Assembly: GCA_030433215.1 (NCBI GenBank)
Contig: JAUIMC010000009.1
Coordinates: 62,849 to 126,848 of the forward strand
DNA: 64,000 bases
DNA from: Alphaproteobacteria bacterium
GTDB lineage: Bacteria > Pseudomonadota > Alphaproteobacteria > Caulobacterales > Parvularculaceae
Direction of reading: 5' to 3'
Notes under the pieces: model-generated
What the model was told of the DNA's origin: nothing
Databases searched by the model: none
The model's input: only the letters and a program-made list of their open reading frames with translations
Position numbers and translations under genes: made by a program
Part shown: one piece after another, positions 18,491-27,101 of the stretch
Layout: the number at the start of each line of letters is the position of its first letter
Numbering within the stretch: position 1 is the first letter of the stretch

Positions 18491-18662
18491 TTTCCCTGTT
18501 CCGCGGAAATTGTTCCCTGTTACAGGCATTAAAATTCCCTGTTCCGGCGAGTAGGGAATTTCCGACTAACTGTCGGTAATTGCGTCGATAATTCCGGCGG
18601 AAAGACGGCGAGCGGCCGTAAAAGTCAAAAAATTCCCTGTAAAATCCCTGAAAGCAGGGAAT
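18491..18662. repeat. Cluster of TTCCCTG(TT) direct and inverted repeats; probable element end
   Basis: TTCCCTGTT at 18492, 18513 and 18535; TTCCCTGT at 18633; TCCCTG at 18645; inverted AGGGAATT at 18553 and CAGGGAAT at 18655. Confidence 0.7.
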
Positions 18663-18769
18663 GTGGCCCGAGACCCGTTCGATCGGGATCACATCCACCG
18701 CCATGATTTTTGTTCGAACCGCCGGTTCCGTCACTCCACTCCACAAAACCATGTTGCAGGCGAGTGCGG

Positions 18770-20599
18770 CTATTGCATATTTTCCACGGCCTGAATTGCG
18801 CTGTTCAATTCATCTGCACTCAAGACCCGCATGATGATACGCGAGGGGCGCGCCTGTTCATGAAAGATCTTCTGGTTTGCAATATTGATCTCGTCGCCTC
18901 TCGCGAGATCACCGCCCGTATTCAGGTTGCGATCGTACCAGGGAAAGTTGCTGCTCGATATCTCAACACGTATCTTGTGGCCTGCCTTGAATGTGTTCGC
19001 GGTTGCGGCCAAGTCTATGGTGTATTTATAGACCTCGCCAGGCTCGATAAGCTCAGGACGATCCACTGACTTCCGGTATCTCGCTCTGATGATGCCATCG
19101 GTTAAGTTCTTCGCATACCCATCCGGCGAAACATCAACCAGTTTCGCCGTGAAATCCGTGTCCGGCGCGGAGGATGACGCATAAAGCTCTACCGTTACGC
19201 CCCCCACAACAGTTACGTCTTCCTTGAGGGCTTGTGAGGTGTAGACCAGAACGTCCTCACGCATTTCCACATCACGTTGATCCCAGGGGCCCCAGGCGAG
19301 AATCTCCGGATACATTCCGGGTATCACGCAGCAAGTGCCGCCGCCCACCGTCGGCGTCGGGTCGTTAGGGTCATAAACAAAACTGTCATGGGGCTGGATC
19401 TCGGGCGCGACATCACTCAGGCGGCCGTCACCGTCGCGCGTGTTTGCATTTCCGCCGCTATGAAAATACCAGGATCTTTCGGCCGTATTTGGCGCCGGCC
19501 AATCTGCAAAATCCGCCCAGCGATCGGTTCCCATAACGAAGACACGAACGCGTGCGGGCTCTTCGGGCGCGGTCTTGCCTTTCAGGTGCTGATCAAACCA
19601 GGCCAGCATTTCCTGGCGGAGCGGGACGAGAGATGCGTCACCAAAATCTACATCCCCGACCTGGCGATTTGAGTTTACCGCATGCGTCCATGGTCCGATC
19701 AGCAGACGCTGATTGGACCGCGCAAGATCATTCCCGCCTTCCTTGCGCATGGAGGAATAGGCCTGGAGCGTCCCCCTGATAAATTCGTCATACCACCCGC
19801 CGAGGTGATAAACCGGGACCTCAACGTCACCCCAATGATCCTCCATGGAGAAGTCGGACCAGTAGCCATTCTTGGTCGGGTGAGAAACCCAGTCCCGATA
19901 GGCGTCGAGATCGCGACCGATTGCGTTATCCGCATCTATCACCGGCAGGTGCAGGAATGCGCTTTCCCAGTCATGAGCGGAAAGGACCTGATTCGTGCGC
20001 GCATCGGTCAGCGCCGCCCAAGGCAGGCGTCCCGCCAAATTGAAAGCGCCGCCGGTATGGGCGGGGCTATCATAATAGTCCGAAGGGGAAACCAGTATGA
20101 ACATCGCCTTGAGCGATTTTGGAGTTTCCCGGGCGGCCAGCCACTGGCTGAAGCCGGCATAGGAGCCGCCCATGGTTCCGATATTTCCGTCCGACCAGGA
20201 CTGTTTTGCGGCCCACTCGATTATCTTCGCGCCATCTTTGCCTTCGGTTTTGTACGGATAAAATGTGCCGGCAGAGTCATATCTGCCCCGCACATCGATC
20301 GAGATATAGACATAGCCGCTTTTCGCATAAACTGTCCCGTCGCTCAGCTGTTTTCCATAGGGAGTTCGGGAAATAATGACTGGAAATCTACCGTCACTGT
20401 CAGGGCGGAAAATATTCGCGGAAAGCCGGACATTTTTTGAAAGCAATATTGGCTGATCAAACTCTTTGATAACTTCATATGAATCATCGGCGAGAGCCGC
20501 GCATGATGCAAAACAAACGCAAACGCAAATGATCAGTCTGCTTACGAGGCGCAAGCCGATGGATGTCCGGTTTGCGCTGGTCGCTGTCGTGTATGTCAT
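18770..20599 (-). CDS. Secreted CocE/NonD family serine hydrolase (S15-like)
   Basis: Sec signal ending AALA-DD; RTPYGK, DVRGRYDSAG, GGSYAG nucleophile, GGWYD, LIGPWTH, YASSSAPDTDFTAKLVDV, ISSSNFP. Confidence 0.9.
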   Translation of the reverse strand: MTYTTATSANRTSIGLRLVSRLIICVCVCFASCAALADDSYEVIKEFDQPILLSKNVRLSANIFRPDSDGRFPVIISRTPYGKQLSDGTVYAKSGYVYISIDVRGRYDSAGTFYPYKTEGKDGAKIIEWAAKQSWSDGNIGTMGGSYAGFSQWLAARETPKSLKAMFILVSPSDYYDSPAHTGGAFNLAGRLPWAALTDARTNQVLSAHDWESAFLHLPVIDADNAIGRDLDAYRDWVSHPTKNGYWSDFSMEDHWGDVEVPVYHLGGWYDEFIRGTLQAYSSMRKEGGNDLARSNQRLLIGPWTHAVNSNRQVGDVDFGDASLVPLRQEMLAWFDQHLKGKTAPEEPARVRVFVMGTDRWADFADWPAPNTAERSWYFHSGGNANTRDGDGRLSDVAPEIQPHDSFVYDPNDPTPTVGGGTCCVIPGMYPEILAWGPWDQRDVEMREDVLVYTSQALKEDVTVVGGVTVELYASSSAPDTDFTAKLVDVSPDGYAKNLTDGIIRARYRKSVDRPELIEPGEVYKYTIDLAATANTFKAGHKIRVEISSSNFPWYDRNLNTGGDLARGDEINIANQKIFHEQARPSRIIMRVLSADELNSAIQAVENMQ

Positions 20600-21037
20600 C
20601 AGGTGCGTCGCCTTTTTCGATTGTCGAGGGTTGTCCGGCCAATAAAGGATTCTGGTTATGATATACAGGTCCGGCGATTGCACCGCCAATGAAATTGCTA
20701 TCTTGAGCTGTTTTCGTCAGCATGCGCATTAGATTATCGGCCAAAGTGCATACTCATTTGGGGATAGGCGGGCGCGCGTTTCGTCAAATATTGCTCAACA
20801 TCGCGCGCCTGTTTCGATGATGCAAAGCGCATGGTTCGTGGCGCTGGCGCAAAATATTTCGCATGCCGGACGAACGGTTAGAGACATTGCTGAAATCGAG
20901 GGGTTTCCAATTTCCCGGAAACTAAAATGTAGTATTTGGGCCTATGCGAAGGCGGCAAGGGGATGGGAAATGGCGTTTAGGGGCATGGATGTCGCTGAGT
21001 GGGCGTCTGCTTCTTACAGAGCCTTGCCGTAATGAAG

Positions 21038-22162
21038 TCACACGATGCGGTTATAGTTCCTTACAATCTTTATCAGCTTTTCATGATCTATTGCTCTCGC
21101 GACAAGGCCTTCAGGTTGGAGTGAGTGCGAGGTTTCCGCCGCCAGCATGGCGTTGATGATCGCCTCTTCTGTTGCGTCCCGTGCGGCGCGGTAAAAGGAA
21201 TCGAGATGCATCTCGTCGAGAGCCTTGACGTTTCGCAGCGTTGATTTCTGTGAGATGTCGACAGCGTCGTTGCCCGTCGAAAAGGCGAGGAAAATATCGC
21301 CGGAGCCATGGCCGCCGGTGGTTCCCGTCCGCGCCAGGCCCAAGGTCGCACGTCTGGCGATGCGATCGAGCTGGCTCGGAAGAAACGGCGCATCTGTCGC
21401 AATGACGACAATGATTGATCCGAATTCTTTTTCGCGAACCTGATCGAGTATTGTGTCCTCGGGGTAATGCTCGCCGACAGGCGCCCCGCACACGGTCAAA
21501 TCCCGCCGCGACCCGAAATTCGACTGTACCAGAGCGCCCAGGGTGAATGTTTCTGCTCCGATGTCGACTTTGCGCGAGGATGTGCCGGTCCCGCCCTTGA
21601 ATTCATAGGTGAGCATGCCATTGCCGCCGCCGACATTGCCTTCGGCAATCGGCCCGCCATGAGCGCCGTTAAGAGCGGCGAAGACATGTTTTTCTCCTAC
21701 GTGAAGCCCGTTGATGTCGCTTAAAAAGCCGTCATAGGTTTCGGCGACGACAGGCATGACAAACCGGGGCTTGCCTCTCGCAAAGTCCGGATGGTTTTCG
21801 AGCATCCATTTGAGGACGCCATGATGGACCATGCCGACCGAATGGGTGTTGGTGATGCAGATGGGGGAGCAAAAATAGCCAGCGTCCCTTATCCAGTGGC
21901 TGCCGGTCATCTCGCCATTGCCGTTAAAGGAATGAAGGCCCGCAAAGACATAAGAAAGGGGCGCGGCGCGTCCGCGGGGCAGGATAGCGGTGACTCCGGT
22001 CTGAACGCCTGAACCTTCGTCGCGGTCGTCTTTTTTGCGCGTTATTGTTGAGTAGCCGACCTCAACGCCAGGCACGTCCGTAATGGCGTTGTGGGCGCCG
22101 GTTTCTCCCGGAAATGGAAGCCCAAGGTCGCGGCCGCGGGGTTTTTTGGTCTTATCGTTCAT
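21038..22162 (-). CDS. dmpA: DmpA/P1 (S58) aminopeptidase
   Basis: RGRDLGLPF...NAITDVPGVEVG, NGNGEMTG, GNVGGG.GM, G|SIIVVIATDAP autocleavage site, SGDIFLAFST. Confidence 0.85.
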   Translation of the reverse strand: MNDKTKKPRGRDLGLPFPGETGAHNAITDVPGVEVGYSTITRKKDDRDEGSGVQTGVTAILPRGRAAPLSYVFAGLHSFNGNGEMTGSHWIRDAGYFCSPICITNTHSVGMVHHGVLKWMLENHPDFARGKPRFVMPVVAETYDGFLSDINGLHVGEKHVFAALNGAHGGPIAEGNVGGGNGMLTYEFKGGTGTSSRKVDIGAETFTLGALVQSNFGSRRDLTVCGAPVGEHYPEDTILDQVREKEFGSIIVVIATDAPFLPSQLDRIARRATLGLARTGTTGGHGSGDIFLAFSTGNDAVDISQKSTLRNVKALDEMHLDSFYRAARDATEEAIINAMLAAETSHSLQPEGLVARAIDHEKLIKIVRNYNRIV

Positions 22163-22198
22163 GGTGATCTTTCTTGTTTGCCATCATGCGCCGGCTGA

Positions 22199-23530
22199 TC
22201 ATCCTGCCTTATCAATTGCGCGCCTTACCTTCTCAAAAGTCATGGCGATATCGCCTGGCTTGGCGTTCAGGAAGGGCGAGAACTGCAGGATATCCCCGCC
22301 ATTGCGAATGACGAGTTCTTCCTCCCAGAAACATATCTTGTGAACATCGAGACCGCGCGCGCCGGGCGCGTTCGGCCGCGGCGCCAATTCAACCGCTCCC
22401 ATAAGCCCGAAATTACGAATATCGACCACGTTTGGGTGGTCGGCTAACTCGTGGATCATTTCTTCAAAGACAGGCTCAAGCGCGCGCGCCTCTTCGAATG
22501 TTCCCTCGTCATTATATGTTTCAAGAGCGGCAAGGCCTGCGGCGGCGGCGACCGGGTGTCCCGAATAGGTATAGCCGTGAAAGAACTCCGGCAGATGCGC
22601 TGGCCCCTGACAGATGGCGTCATATATCTCTTGTTTGACCAACACGGCGCCCATGGGGATCGCGCCATTGGTGAGGCCCTTGGCCGTCGTGATGATATCG
22701 GGTGTGACGCCGAAGCGTTCAGCCGCAAAGCTCGCGCCGACCCGCCCGAAGGCGGTGATGACTTCATCGAAGATAAGAAGAATGCCGTGCTGGTCGCAAA
22801 TCTCTCTTAAGCGTTTTAAATAACCAGCAGGCGGCGGGAGGATGCCGGTCGACCCCGCAACAGGCTCGACGATGACGGCGGCGATGGTTTCGCCGCCATG
22901 GCGTTTGCAAAGAGCGGCTAAATCATCGGCAAGATGAGCCCCCCATTGGGGTTCGCCCTTTGAATAGGCGTTATGCTCCAGATTGTGTGTGTGCGGCAGG
23001 TGGCTGACATTCGGCAACAGGCTCGATTGAAACGCAGCGCGATTGGCGGGAATGCCGCCTACGGAAAGCCCCCCGAAATTGACCCCGTGATAGCCGCGCT
23101 CCCGGCCGATGAAGCGCGTGCGGCGCTTTTCATCTTTTGCTTGATGATAGGCGAGCGCGATTTTAAGCGCCGTATCGGCGGCCTCTGATCCGGAATTAGC
23201 AAAAAAGACCGCGTCAAATCCTTCCGGCGCCAGAGCCGTCAATCGTTCAGCCAGCGCAAACGCCTTGTCATTGCCCATTTGGAAACTCATGGCGTGATCG
23301 AGGGTCATGCTTTGCCGCGCGATCGCTTCGGTGATCTTCGGGTGACAATGGCCAAGGCCCGTCGTCCACAATCCCGAAAAGCTGTCATAGACCCGCCGGC
23401 CGTCACTGGTGAAGTAGTAATGGCCTTCCGCGCCAGTGAGAATACGCGGCGCGCGCTTAAAATCACTGTTCGCCGTAAACGGCATCCAGTGTGCTTGAAG
23501 GCCGCCGGTGAAATGATCAAAACCGTCCAA
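22199..23530 (-). CDS. Class III PLP omega-amino acid:pyruvate aminotransferase
   Basis: HWMPFTAN, SGSEAADTALK, GYHGVNFGG, EPVAGSTG, LLIFDEVITAFGR, TTAKGLTNG, HGYTYSGHP. Confidence 0.92.
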   Translation of the reverse strand: MDGFDHFTGGLQAHWMPFTANSDFKRAPRILTGAEGHYYFTSDGRRVYDSFSGLWTTGLGHCHPKITEAIARQSMTLDHAMSFQMGNDKAFALAERLTALAPEGFDAVFFANSGSEAADTALKIALAYHQAKDEKRRTRFIGRERGYHGVNFGGLSVGGIPANRAAFQSSLLPNVSHLPHTHNLEHNAYSKGEPQWGAHLADDLAALCKRHGGETIAAVIVEPVAGSTGILPPPAGYLKRLREICDQHGILLIFDEVITAFGRVGASFAAERFGVTPDIITTAKGLTNGAIPMGAVLVKQEIYDAICQGPAHLPEFFHGYTYSGHPVAAAAGLAALETYNDEGTFEEARALEPVFEEMIHELADHPNVVDIRNFGLMGAVELAPRPNAPGARGLDVHKICFWEEELVIRNGGDILQFSPFLNAKPGDIAMTFEKVRRAIDKAG

Positions 23531-23711
23531 AAATCGATTTCCTTCTTTGTAATCATCTGGAAGCGTTGCATTTGCACGCTTTATAAAAATGACGCGGGGT
23601 TCAGTCTCTGACGCTGGCCCGATCCATTCCGCTCAGCAAGGACGTCCAAAGATCACCGTTGCATTGTTTAGAGTGCAAACAGATGAATAGGCGATTTTTA
23701 CGACCGCTCTT

Positions 23712-25142
23712 TTAAATGGATACGCTTGGCTTTCTATCCCGCCACGGCATGGCGTGTTCCAATTGGCCCGCCAGCTGGAACAGCGTGGCTTCGTCACCAT
23801 GCGGCGCCGCAAACTGCACGCCTACCGGCAATCCCGCTTCTGAATGATGTAGCGGCAGCGAGATGGCCGGTTGGCCGGTCACATTGAATATTGGCGTAAA
23901 GGCCGCATACTGACCTAGCATACGGTCAAGCCAAACAGACGCGGTCAAATCCGGGGCATTGGCGTCAAGTTCACCCAAGGGCAAAGCGGGCCGGGTGCAG
24001 ACCGGGCTGATGAACACGTCATAGTCCATAAAGAAGGCGCCAACCTTCCGGCAGATTGCAGCCAGCCCGTCAAGATTGCGCGTGAAGTCCAGCATGGTTA
24101 GCTGTTGCGCATGGGCCAGCATGGCCATGCTGCCCGTCTCTCTTGTGTCGGGCCCGCAACGAAGGCCAGTCGCTTTCTCTAATATCTCCATCGAATAAGG
24201 GTATCTGTAGCTCCATAAATCCAGAAACGCCTCCATGAAGGGTTCCCAGTCATAGGGCAGCGTAACCTCTTCGATGCCGTGCCCCATCTCTTCACACATT
24301 TTGGCTGAAGCCAGCACGCCGTTCACACAGTCCGGGTGCACAGGCGCGCCGGACGGACTTTGAGTGGTAAAGCCGATTTTCAACGGCCTGGGTGCAATCG
24401 ACACTTCCTCAAGGTATGGCCTTGCCGGAGGGGGAGGGGTGTAGATATCTCCGACCACCGAACCCTGGATGCAGTCCAGCATGACTGCAGTATCGCGCAC
24501 ACTGCGTGACACCACATGATTGACGTAGGGCAGGAAGACAATTTCCTGGGGGGAAGGAGTGCGCGAACGGGTTGGTTTCAGCCCCACAACGCCGCAACAC
24601 GCTGCGGGAACTCGAATAGACCCGGCGCCATCGGTGGCGTGGGCCAGCGGCGTCACGCCTGCAGCCACTGCGGCGGCGCCGCCGCCGCTTGATCCGCCGG
24701 GCATGGCGTCCGTATCCCAAGGATTGCGCGTCGGGCCATGTAATACGGACTCGGTGGTCGTGGCGTTACCTTGCTCGGGCGCGGTCGACTGGCCGACGAG
24801 AGTCACGCCAGCCTTGCGAAACCGTGTGGTGAGTTCGTCATCTTCGGTCGCGATACGCCCCACGCCAAGGCGGCTGCCCATATTCCAGGGCTGGCCCTTG
24901 ATAGCGGCGCCGCCTTCTTTCATGAGAAAAGGAACGCCATATAACGCACCGCATGTGCTTTCATCCAGGAGTGGCCCTTCTTCCGCAACCGGAATGTCAT
25001 GAGCCAGGAAATTCAAAATCGGGTTTGCCGCTGCAATCGCTTCTCGCGCCAGGGCGCTTAGTTCTTGCGCAGTGATATCTTTATTGCGAACAAGCTCAGC
25101 AAGACCGACGGCGTCATAACTAGCATACTCTTTCAGGTTCAC
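23712..25142 (-). CDS. Amidase-signature family amidase
   Basis: GVPFLMKE (Lys), PGGSSGG, ATDGAGSIRVPAACCG, PIFNVTGQPAISLP; GTG start with RBS. Confidence 0.92.
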   Translation of the reverse strand: MNLKEYASYDAVGLAELVRNKDITAQELSALAREAIAAANPILNFLAHDIPVAEEGPLLDESTCGALYGVPFLMKEGGAAIKGQPWNMGSRLGVGRIATEDDELTTRFRKAGVTLVGQSTAPEQGNATTTESVLHGPTRNPWDTDAMPGGSSGGGAAAVAAGVTPLAHATDGAGSIRVPAACCGVVGLKPTRSRTPSPQEIVFLPYVNHVVSRSVRDTAVMLDCIQGSVVGDIYTPPPPARPYLEEVSIAPRPLKIGFTTQSPSGAPVHPDCVNGVLASAKMCEEMGHGIEEVTLPYDWEPFMEAFLDLWSYRYPYSMEILEKATGLRCGPDTRETGSMAMLAHAQQLTMLDFTRNLDGLAAICRKVGAFFMDYDVFISPVCTRPALPLGELDANAPDLTASVWLDRMLGQYAAFTPIFNVTGQPAISLPLHHSEAGLPVGVQFAAPHGDEATLFQLAGQLEHAMPWRDRKPSVSI

Positions 25143-25699
25143 TCTATTTTTTCCTTCTGATTCGAAATTCTTGATGCACTGAGCATGTTGCTGAATTCAT
25201 CACTCAAAGGCGTGTGTTCAGCGATGTTCGCCGCCCTATCGATGGCGCGATCGACAATTTTGGGAGGCGCGAGCGAGGCTTCACGGATTTTAGTCCCGTC
25301 GCGGAGGTTAGCGCCGGCGCCGTTATGCCTTCTCCGGATGCTGACGGGGCGCTGATGGAGTGACCTGAACTCCCCAAAATTCGAATCCCTATCCTGTAAT
25401 AATCTGTATGCTGTGCAATAAATCACGTTGTAAAAGGCAGCTGTTCCCAGTCTCTTGCGCCGGCCTTACCCCCTTCAGAGAGATGTAAGGCGCGGCTTGA
25501 AACGGGAGGGCCATCCCGCCCCGTTTGGAGCGTTCAACAAAGCCCCGTCAGACGCTACGCTAGAGGCGGCTTTTGGTGTTAAGCAATCCGTTATTTTCGG
25601 ATTCGTAAGTTATTGATTTTATGAGGCTCTCGTATATTTTGTTTAGGATACTAAACACGCTTTACACCGGTTTGCCGCCGCCTTCTGAAAAGGAATTGC

Positions 25700-26269
25700 A
25701 TGATGCCCGTCTGGCAAAAAGACGACGATCTCGTCCGGCGCTTAAAGGACATTCGCGCCGCGCACGGCCTCTCCCAGCGCCAGCTTTCGCAGCGTTCAGG
25801 GGTTTCCAACGCCACGATTTCGCAAATTGAATCCGGCGCGATGAACCCGACTGTTGGCATGCTGAAGAAAGTGCTCTCCGGCGTGCCCATAAGCCTTGCA
25901 GAATTCTTCACCTATGAGAGCGGCGATGGAGCGGAAAAAGTTTTCTACAGCGCGAGCGAACTTATTGAGATTTCGAAAGGCGGGGTTTCCTATCGACAAG
26001 TCGGCGGCAACCTTAAAAACAAGGCGATTCAGCTGCTGAAGGAACGCTACGAGCCCGGCGCCGATACAGGTCGTCATGCGCTTTGTCATGAAGGCGAAGA
26101 ATGCGGGCTTGTCCTTTCTGGGCGCCTCACCGTTACCGTCGCCGGCAAGTCGCGGACGCTCAAAGCCGGCGACGCCTACTACTTCAAAAGCGACCAGCCC
26201 CACGCCTTCAAAAACGAAAGCCGCGAGGTTTGCGAGCTCATCACCGCCTGCACGCCGCCCAGTTTTTAA
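25700..26269 (+). CDS. XRE-HTH + cupin regulator (PuuR/PauR-like)
   Basis: LSQRQLSQRSGVSNATISQIE...SLAEFF; HEGEECGLVLSG, GDAYYF...PHAFKN; divergent from the amidase/aminotransferase genes. Confidence 0.88.
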   Translation: MMPVWQKDDDLVRRLKDIRAAHGLSQRQLSQRSGVSNATISQIESGAMNPTVGMLKKVLSGVPISLAEFFTYESGDGAEKVFYSASELIEISKGGVSYRQVGGNLKNKAIQLLKERYEPGADTGRHALCHEGEECGLVLSGRLTVTVAGKSRTLKAGDAYYFKSDQPHAFKNESREVCELITACTPPSF

Positions 26270-26289
26270 GACCGGTATAGCGTTTCCAC

Positions 26290-26500
26290 AGACCCAGCCA
26301 TTATTCTGAAAATCCTGGAGGATGCGATTGGCCGTTTGCCGGGCGCTGCCGATCGTTAGCGCCAGTTCTGACTGGGAAAGCGGCGTAGGCAAAGCAATCC
26401 CGCTCTCATGGAAACGCCGAACGTGTCAGCGGTCCCCCAGGATGAGGACCTGAATTTCCAGCATGGCAGCCAACAGGACCTGGCGTTCTACGCCGTGAGC
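26290..26500 (-). pseudogene. Crp/Fnr-family regulator remnant (HTH only)
   Basis: Minus strand reads *HVRRFHESGIALPTPLSQSELALTIGSARQTANRILQDFQNNGW (Crp-type HTH) directly after an in-frame stop; no intact effector domain. Confidence 0.45.
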
Positions 26501-27101
26501 TCCATGGCTACGAGTTTTTTGCGCTGCACATAGTCTCGCGGGTCCCGGAAGTCACCAGCGCCATATAGAAAGCTGCGATGTGGCGGATGAAGTCGCCGAC
26601 TTTTGGGACTTGCCGCATACAGGATGATTTTCGCTTGCGACCCCGGCGGCGCAAAAGCCTGGTTTCAATCGTTAACGGATTTGCTGCGCCTGCGCGCTGC
26701 ATGTTGCGTGAAACGGCGCGCAGAAAATTCAGCATGCGCGCCGTTATGTCGAGTGAACGCTTTTGCTTGTGACTAAACTTTGCCAACGCCTTTCGCAGAC
26801 GCGAAAGGATGAAAAATCCTTAAGCGCCGCGCGCGTCCGGGCTGTGGTTTAACAGTCACGGTCGGGCAGAAGTTTAGTATTTCCATTTCTGGCAACTCAA
26901 CTATCTAATTGGGGCAAGGCGGCTGAACTCCACTATCTATAGGCTTTTTCCCACTCCTTTGACGCATGAGTCCGCACCGCCGTTCGACGTTGGAATAGGC
27001 GACGCTAAATCCCGACAAGGCGTGAAAGGACGGGCGGATCAGCGAGGGTGACCGCCCCTAATAGACAAAAGAATCGGATCGATCCGGTTAGGGAGGAAAA
27101 C

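Larger units (their letters stand above)
2067..18703. mobile_element. Putative tRNA-Ser-integrated genomic island (large serine recombinase type)
   Basis: The recombinase gene ends ~185 bp from the tRNA 3' end. DUF2924/DUF3489/terminase module, IS3, AT-richer cargo by eye. TTCCCTG repeat cluster ending in GTTCGA...CCGCCA at 18677-18703 as candidate right junction. Confidence 0.65.
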
